Source of the DNA: Neovahlkampfia damariscottae
Taxonomy: Eukaryota
Reading direction: 5' to 3'
DNA: 31,508 bases
Assembly: GCA_016618085.1 (NCBI GenBank)
Contig: JABLTG010000023.1
Location: forward strand, 124,001 to 155,508
Shown here: piece by piece, positions 23,951 to 31,508 of the stretch
How positions within the stretch are numbered: the stretch's first letter is position 1
Layout: every line of letters begins with the position of its first letter
Translations under genes and position numbers: made by a program
The notes under the pieces: model-generated
Databases searched by the model: none
Told to the model about the DNA's origin: nothing
The model's input: only the letters and a program-made list of their open reading frames with translations

Positions 23951-23983
23951 ATTGGCCAGTGGATTCAACCAATAATGCATTGG
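23951..23983. promoter_or_regulatory. CCAAT-box cluster upstream of LIG4
   Basis: ATTGG at 23951, CCAAT at 23969 and ATTGG at 23979, within 65 nt of the ATG at 23919. Confidence 0.6.
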
Positions 23984-24036
23984 TAGCAGCAAATAATGAA
24001 GAAATTGATATTTTTCTGACCAAAAGAAAATATAAT

Positions 24037-25017
24037 TTATTGTGAAAATGAGAAATTGATGTCTTCAGTTTTCCAAATTCCTTGTTTCACGTATAATTCA
24101 AAATACATTCCTGTCATTGCACAAACCACTTCAAAATCATCTTTGAATTTTTTTTGGTACCATTGAATCTCTTTTTTATGCTTTTTCATAGAAAGAATAA
24201 AATTTTTAGTGACTTTTTCCCCTGGGACAAAATAAATATTACCCGGAGACAATTCAATAGCAAATTCAATCAATTGATCTTGCATTTTCCAATGTTTATC
24301 CAAAATCCTAAAACCTGTGTACGGATATTTTAACAAGTATTTTTCAATAAAAGACAGTTCCAAATTACGTTGAATCACCAAATTGATAACATCACACCTG
24401 GCTGTTAACACATCAAAATCTGATTTTAAATTTTTTGGGAGATATTTCCAAACTACATGAGGTAATTTTTTTAAAAGAACAATCATAATTTCTTTGTTTG
24501 AAGTAACATTTGAGTATTCTTTGAAGAAATGAAAGTCCTTGGGAGAAGTACTGAAAACCTGGTGTAATACTTGATATTTTGAGGAGAAGTAGTATTTTCT
24601 TTTTTGCATAAGACCTGAATATTTGATAAAATAATAATAATAAATATCTTCATCTTGAATTTGCTTTGGAAAAGAATGATAAATAGTTGGAGATGCTTTC
24701 ATTAATTCAATAAGTAATTTTTGGTTATTAAATATTGCTGAATCAATATACTTATCAAAATTATTTCCAGATTTCTGTGCATAAAGTTTCAATATACTTT
24801 TATTCTTTTTCAAATCATCAGAAATTATTTCAAAATTTTTCCAAGAAGTTTTTAGTAGCTCTCTGGCAAAATAGTAATCTCCAAGCAGTTCTTCTTTTTC
24901 CGGTAAGTCGAAAGAGGTTTTGCAGAGTAATAAATTTCTATTTCTTTTTCTGTTTGTAACTGAACCAGTGATGATACAAGGTTGAAGAGAATTCTTTATT
25001 TTATCAGATGAACACAT
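24037..25017 (-). CDS. Divergent DUF4116-like repeat protein, intronless
   Basis: Units such as ISDDLKKNKSI, NKEIMIVLLK...KYLPKNLKSDFDV and FKDDFEVV. Confidence 0.65.
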   Translation of the reverse strand: MCSSDKIKNSLQPCIITGSVTNRKRNRNLLLCKTSFDLPEKEELLGDYYFARELLKTSWKNFEIISDDLKKNKSILKLYAQKSGNNFDKYIDSAIFNNQKLLIELMKASPTIYHSFPKQIQDEDIYYYYFIKYSGLMQKRKYYFSSKYQVLHQVFSTSPKDFHFFKEYSNVTSNKEIMIVLLKKLPHVVWKYLPKNLKSDFDVLTARCDVINLVIQRNLELSFIEKYLLKYPYTGFRILDKHWKMQDQLIEFAIELSPGNIYFVPGEKVTKNFILSMKKHKKEIQWYQKKFKDDFEVVCAMTGMYFELYVKQGIWKTEDINFSFSQ

Positions 25018-25160
25018 TATTAATCAAATGTATTTGGTTCGAGATATGCAATTGGTCAATTTGATCACCTCAATTTAAAAATGTAATCCAGCAAAATGGA
25101 AATTGTTGGTTGTTGGATTTTATGAATTACCCAATAGGATCATTTTGAAAAAAACTGAAA

Positions 25161-27805
25161 ATGTCTGCAGAAGAGGAAGTGAAAAACAACAAAAAATATT
25201 TCTTGATTGCTGGTGGTGTTGCAATTGCTTCATTACTCGGTTATTATTTCTATTCAAAACGAGGAGAAACCAACACAGAAAAAGTACAAGATTTGAGCGA
25301 CGAAAAGAAAAAAGAAACAAAAAAAATTGAAGATATTGAAGGTAAAAAAACAAATAAAAACCTAATATATTCAAGACAATGTTTTGGATGATGCTCTTGA
25401 TGAATTGTTTGAAAGTGAACCCATCAAACAAAAAGTGGAAACAACAATGACAGATTTAGAATCAATTGACTTCATTGTAAAAAATAGTCCAAAATTTTTG
25501 AATGAAAAATCACTTTTCATTGTAAATTCACTCAACGAAAAAGTTCAAAAAAACAAAGCAAACTTTGAAGGAAAATATTTTGAAGTTTTTTCAAAATTGA
25601 CATCCTTAGAAGTCAAAATTCCATTGAACGAATCTATTTCTAAATTAATTGATGCTCTTTTCAAAAATATCGGTAAACCTATCAGATGTGTTAATTGTTT
25701 TAGGAGAGTTGAAGAAATTCATCAGTAAAAATCTCAAAAAGGAATGGAAATTGATATATTATCACTTAAAACATTCCCATAAAAAATACATAAATGATTC
25801 ATGTGGCTATATTTTTTCAATTCTTTGTGAAAAGTTGCAACACTCCAAAACAGAAGATTTCACCGATGAATTTTTTGATTTTCTTGAAGTAACTCAAAAA
25901 AGAAAGCTCATGAGAGATTTTGTTACTGAAGTGATCAATTTATTGTTAAATTGGGATTTAAATGACACTCAAATGTTTTTGATTGCTGCATTTTGTCATA
26001 GTCATCAATTTCACATTGAAGAATTGAAAATGATGTTAACAAAGGTTAGAAATTTAAATGAACAGATATTGAAGATGAAACCTGAATCAATAGTCAACTT
26101 TTTCATAACCTGTTATTCAGTAATTCCTGAAGTCACACAAAAACACATATTAGAGTAAGAAAAGATAATTGCACTCATTTTTGAAAGATTATTTCCTTAT
26201 CTTGTTCAAATGGATGATTTTACGAAGTTCTGGGGCATTTTTCAAATGGAAAATTGTGAAGGCCTATCAATGGAGCAAATTAATTTAATTTTGAAAAAAG
26301 CAGTTCAATTGATCCAATCAAATGATGAAATCGATAAACATCATGCCAAAGATATTTTACTGGGTTATTATGATCATCAAAATGAAAAAATTAGAGAAAT
26401 GCTCCTTGAAAATAATTTTATTGAAATAACTATTAAAATGATCAAGAAATACAAGTTAATAGGATCAACAGATTTGAGGATTTCATTTCAATTAATGCTC
26501 AGCAGATATTATGATAAGTTATTGGCAAAAAAAGATTTCAAATCAATTGAATTTCTTTTCAACGATCTTTTGAATAATTTTGATAATCCTGCTTTTCCTG
26601 ATGATGCGACAGTTCAATGTATGTTCTTTTTGTCAAAGGAAATATACAAAGTTTCAAAAGAACTTGAAATCAAAAATTACAATTTCGAAAAGTTCTTAAA
26701 TATTTATGAAAAATTACTTAATAATCCGGATAATCAGGTTGTCTCAGTATATGTGATTTCAACGTTTCCGCAAATATTTTCTGAATCTATTGGTTGGAAA
26801 GAAATCTATTCAAAAAGCAAAAATCAATTGTTGTCTATTCTTGACCAATTGGTTGAAAAAATTGGAATTTCACTTTCTGGTGGACCTGATTCAATGGTTG
26901 GTGTTTCCACATTTTGGTTTACTCTCAAAAAAGATACCTACCCTTTTTTATCAAGAGTTTTCAAAAAAGGAATTTCTTGTTTAAAGAAAGATAAATCAAA
27001 AGCGTCATTTTTCACATCATTCATTTTTATTTCATTCTTCCAAAGTTGTTCATATTTTGGGAATTTAATGGATCCTTTTCTTTCTCATCCAGATTTGTTA
27101 GAATTGACATTGGATTATACTTCTGTAAAATATTCATTTACTAATTTTTTAGCATCAAAATGATACAACAAGATTTTGTGCTTATTTATTTTTAAATTGT
27201 TACCTTCAAGTTGAAAATAATGTTATTGAAGATTCTATATCGAAAATCAAAATAATGAAACAATATGAACCAAAAAAATCAGAAATTCCAAACATGTAAA
27301 CAAAATTATTGATCACTAAATATGTCTATCAAGTTGTTTATTGGCTCATATTGGATTAAAATATGGTTGTTCATTTCTTGATAAAGATATTGATGAAATG
27401 ATTGAACGAACAACCGATCATTTCATGAACAATGAAATATATTTCGATTCAAATGGAAATAGTGGATATTCTTCATTTTTAACGATCGGCATTTTCACTC
27501 AATTATATTTTGATAAAATTTCCAAAGTCTTTGATAAGTTTGGTGAAAAATTTGGAAAAAAATATCTTGAATCACTCAAAGGCAATGAAAACGAAAATCC
27601 ATTTGAACAAAATTTATTGATGGATTCATTTTCAAAATTATTTTTATCAAATCAATCATTTTATCACAATAAATTATTTCCAAATGTTAATATTTCTGGA
27701 ATTAAAAACAGAAAAGAAATTCAATTATTGATTAATGGAATGTATTTCAGATTATTACCTGAAAATTTTGAATCCAATTTAGATTTATCATTCAAATTTG
27801 AATAA
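25161..27805 (+). CDS. ~830-aa alpha-helical (ARM/HEAT-like) protein with an N-terminal signal-anchor (6 exons)
   Basis: Transmembrane segment YFLIAGGVAIASLLGYYFY followed by SKR; GT-AG introns at 25342-25375, 25673-25703, ~26155, ~27124 and ~27296 join the ORFs. The solenoid call is inferred from amphipathic helical periodicity. Confidence 0.7.
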
Positions 27806-27817
27806 ATGAAGTACTTT

Positions 27818-29089
27818 TTATTCTTCATCACTTGAATCTGACACAGAATCATCACTTGGAGCACCAAAATCATTGGCGTCAAAATAATCCAATGTTTGTC
27901 TGGCCCCAAAAAAACCAAGATCCAAAGCAGTTTGAAAATATTTTCTTGCTTTCTTAAAATCTTGATTTCTTTCAAAACTAGATTGATAGAAATAAATAAT
28001 ACCAAGATTATTCAACACATCTGAAAAATCTGATTTTTTATCTTCTGGAATTGATTTGATATCAGTGTGTTCAATAGCTTTTTCATAATAATCCCGAGCT
28101 TTCTTTTCATCTTTTGTTCTTCCAAGTTCCAAATAATAAATATCACCCAAATCAAATCCTGCTTCACTTTCAAGTTTAAATTTTCATCAAAACTTATTTT
28201 CTTACTAATTTTTATATTTGTGATAAGCTTCATCAAGAAATTGTAATGCTTTGGTTTGGTCCACATCACAACCTATACCGTCTAAATACATTGATCCTAA
28301 AAGTTGATAAATTGCTCCAAGAAAAGTAAAATTCTTATCATCTTTTTTATCCAATAATTTGAGGTATTTTTCCAACATATCCAAAGCAGCTGTTTCATTT
28401 TTTTGAATACCTAAACCTCCAATTAACATTTCACAATATTTTGTTAATCCAATTGCTGATTTTGCATCCATAGCTTTTTCATAATAACCAATAGATAATT
28501 TCAAATCTTGCTTACAATATACACCAGAACGATATAAATCTCCTGTTTTTATCATTGCTTCTAAATTACCATATTCAGCAGAAGTTCTGAAAAAATTCAA
28601 AATTTGACGAGAATTTTCATTAATTTCAGCAATTTTTCCCATCAATAAAAATGCTGATCCAAGAGCTCTTTCATTGACATCTTTTTTTTTTTTCTTTTTT
28701 TCTTTAGTTGTATAATTTTTTAAAGTATCAAATGACTCATCCAATTCATCTCGTTGGAAAAGAATTTTACCTTGAAAATACATTGGAAGAAGATTTTCTT
28801 TGGTGATGGCTTCTTCAAAAAGTTTCAAAGCTTTTTCGTCATTTTTTTCGATTATTTTTCCTTCATGTAATAAAATACCCATTTTGGTCATTGCTGTAAT
28901 GGAACCATCTTTAATTGAACTGTCTAATAACTCAATAGCTTTTTTTGTTTCATCTTTGAATATTAGAGTTTCAACTTGTTCCATTATGTCTTCATTTTTT
29001 ATTGTCTTTGTACTTTTTGATGTTTCATCATTTAATTTTTTTTTCTTAGGTGTTTTTGTTGTGGTGGTTGTTTTTCTCTTGTTGACCAT
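27818..29089 (-). CDS. Sel1-like repeat protein with a basic N-terminal NLS-like stretch (2 exons)
   Basis: AMTKMGILLHEG, AMIKTGDLYRSG, LGSMYLDGIGCDVDQTKA, LGDIYY and NNLGIIY...DFKKARKYFQTA; intron 28167-28205. Confidence 0.88.
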
Positions 29090-29291
29090 AGTTTGGACCA
29101 ATAAAACTGTAGCAAATTCAAAAATAAAATAGAAATAAATTTTAGAGTTCAAATTTGCAAAAAATGTTTCTTTTTGAATCATTTCAAGTAAGTGGGGGCA
29201 AAATCTGCTGGCCCTTTTCAGAAATATTTCGTTTTAGTGACCTGAGAACAGCGGATTTCCTCTCCACATGACCATCTTGATTTTTTTCATC

Positions 29292-29415
29292 AAAAAAAAG
29301 TCATTTTGCCGTTTTTCAAATTGTGATTTCTGATTTAAAACATACCTCATAATACACTTTTTCTCTCCTCTTCCTCTGAGAACATAAAAAAAGTCATTTT
29401 CCCATTTTTCAAATT
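29292..29415 (+). repeat. Imperfect ~30-bp direct repeat
   Basis: AAAAAAAGTCATTTTGCCGTTTTTCAAATT (ending 29322) and AAAAAAAGTCATTTTCCCATTTTTCAAATT (29386-29415). Confidence 0.8.
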
Positions 29416-29606
29416 CACGAAAACATATAAAAATTCATCTCATTACTCCTCAGAAGTCAAAATTTAGTATTTCATTTGAAAAAAAAAAATTTGCATCCAA
29501 TAAAAATTCTCCGATAATTTGACCAATGATAGATAATATTTTTGTCCAATCATTGTTTGTTATTGATCAAAATAATCCAACCAATTAAAAATAACTTGAA
29601 TTCAGG

Positions 29607-31056
29607 GTGAGCAAGGAAAAAGGAACACAACAGACAACAAAAGAATCTCTCATTCCTGCTCAAGATATTTTTGTTCTACAGGATAATGTTATAACAGAAG
29701 TGGAAATCATAGACGAGGAACTTCAAGCGTTTTGGACATTAATTGGAAAACAAAGTTTATTGATGAGAAAAAAAACAATTGAAATTGTAGAAACTATGAA
29801 AAAATTTAAAGGAAATGAAAAAGAAAAACCTGATCGTAGGTTTAAAGCATACTTCATTGGAAAAAATTCACCTCCTGGTTCAGGAACTTGGAAATAATGG
29901 AAATGCATTAGAAATAACATTAGTTGCAAATATTATGAATAATATTGCTAATGGACTGATAAAATATTCAATTCAACCATTAAATTGTTGTTTCTATCAC
30001 CATAAAGATTCAGAAAACTTAGAATTTCATATTCAACATACAATTCCAATTCAAGATAGAAAAGAATTGGAAACAACACATTTTATAGAAAATTATTTTT
30101 GTATTTTACCAAATTGTTATCCTCTTGTTGATTTTGCTTTATCTTCGGATGGAAAATTAATTTTAATTCAAACTAGTGTCATGTCACTTGCAGATCATCA
30201 ACAAGAGAAAGACCAAAAATTTAAAACCTTATCTTCATTAACTAACAGAGAGTTAGAAAAAAATTTAGGTGAAACCAAGAAATCAAAAGAAGACTATGTA
30301 TCCGAGATTTTAAGCAAAATAAATTCTGGAAAAATCAATAAAGAAGAAATTAAAAAAAAACATGGTAATATAGTGTTTGATTCAAGCGACAATCAGCCCA
30401 AGTTTTGGGATTTATTATGGATGAGCAACACAAATGATGAAAAAGACTCCATTGGAAATAAATTATGGAACAATGCTTTTGGTGAACAAATATTGGACAA
30501 ACAAAAGGTCTTTTTAGTTTATATTACAACTTCTCCTCAAAGACCAATTTCAAGAAAAATTGATGAAAAAAATGCTCAAGTGATTGTTGTGGGAAAAGAT
30601 CAACTAACATCAATCTTTAATCCTACATTTTATGGATATGTTAGTTCCAAAATTGATACCAATAATGAATTCATTCACAAACTCGTCAAAGAGAATGTAT
30701 TTGAATATCAAAATCCAATTCAATTTGGAGAAAAAAAGAGAAAATTAAATCAACTTGAAGAAATTGAGGAATCCATTGCAAAAATACCAAAGATTCAAGG
30801 TAATGAAAAAAAATATATTAATTTTTGACCAAAAGGTGTAACTTTAAGGAAGTATGGCCAAAAAAAAGGTGGAAAATCTCTCATAGTTCCAAATGATTAC
30901 GACACCTTATTAAAAGAAGCTTCAAAGAAATTAGATATCATTGCAGTTAAAATCAGAAGAGGATCCACAGAAACAGAAATCGATGATATTCGATTGATAA
31001 AAGATGAAGATGTTTTATATTTCACAACTGAAGAAGATGAAAAAGAATTTCAATAA
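29607..31056 (+). pseudogene. Disrupted Crinkler/RHS-like gene: P-loop remnant, PD-(D/E)xK-type nuclease and C-terminal KHA (ubiquitin-like) domain
   Basis: The upstream frame begins without an ATG, and the frame changes near 29885 with no GT-AG intron. GxxxPPGSG remnant; GNALE...YPLVDFA...ILIQTSV...H nuclease motif; intron 30800-30835 leads to LLKEASKKLDI...EIDDIRLIKDEDVLYF (KHA). Confidence 0.55.
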
Positions 31057-31253
31057 CATTTCCTAAATTTTTATTTTTTTTCTTGTTTTTAATGGTAGTT
31101 CCAATAAATTAGGTTTTTCTGGTTCCTTTTGTGGTTCGATAACTTTATTAATTTCATCAACATCTGTAACTTTCAACAAATTTCTTGGATTAAATAATTT
31201 ATCACCAGTTGCCTTGGTTTCTAAATTTTGTAATTTGTATTTATTTCCAACAG

Positions 31254-31508
31254 TAACAGATGATGTATTTGCAGAGGAAGATGAACAACTTCATGCATCT
31301 CGTACTTGTGATATGATCAAAAATAACGCAATCAATTATGAAGGAAAATCATTAAATGAAATGATAAAAAATAATCAATTGAGTCAAAAATTAAAAGAAA
31401 ATGCATGTGTTTACACAACATTAATTCAATATTATCCAAAATTAAGATTAGATGGTGAAAAATTAACCTATGAAACATTATTCAAATTTTTTCATCAAAG
31501 AGAATACA
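31254..31508 (+). CDS. Partial coding sequence running off the window end; unknown product
   Basis: Open A-rich frame TDDVFAEEDEQLHASRTCDMIKNNAINYEGK...FFHQREY; the start is not resolved. Confidence 0.45.

Noticed and set aside
1446..29089. Fragmented ORFs suggesting pseudogenes, frameshifting or an alternative genetic code
   Set aside because: The breaks I traced in conserved genes are repaired by canonical short GT-AG introns; TGG encodes Trp, and TAA and TGA end genes normally.
1..31508. CRISPR array, rRNA, prophage or bacterial operon
   Set aside because: No repeat-spacer periodicity or rRNA-like sequence; the window is intron-containing eukaryotic DNA.

Overview
Very AT-rich, gene-dense eukaryotic nuclear DNA in the standard genetic code. 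The host is a protist, plausibly heterolobosean/discoban; this is an inference from the DUF4116 and BTB-TLDc content. The ORF track is fragmented by many tiny GT-AG introns (27-41 nt where I measured them). About 20 genes can be rebuilt: the 3' end of a D-glutamate cyclase-like gene, a YnjE-type rhodanese, AP-3 beta, a divergent SMC4-like protein, BTB-BACK-TLDc, LSm4, PABPN1, a Tom7-like protein, IMPACT/YigZ, two DUF4116 proteins, TTC39/Iml2, Tpt1, an orphan, topoisomerase III alpha, an HSP20-UBA fusion, DNA ligase IV, an N-anchored alpha-solenoid, a Sel1-repeat protein and a disrupted Crinkler-like nuclease-KHA gene. The most notable observations are a shared C-terminal 'Y(F)xL...D[LI]xFxF' module on three repeat proteins that resembles the start of a BTB domain, the sHSP-UBA fusion, a TGA at a conserved Trp of the rhodanese, a CCAAT box before essentially every ATG, and TOP3A carrying TOP3B-like zinc ribbons. 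All family calls come from motif recognition by eye, not from database searches.
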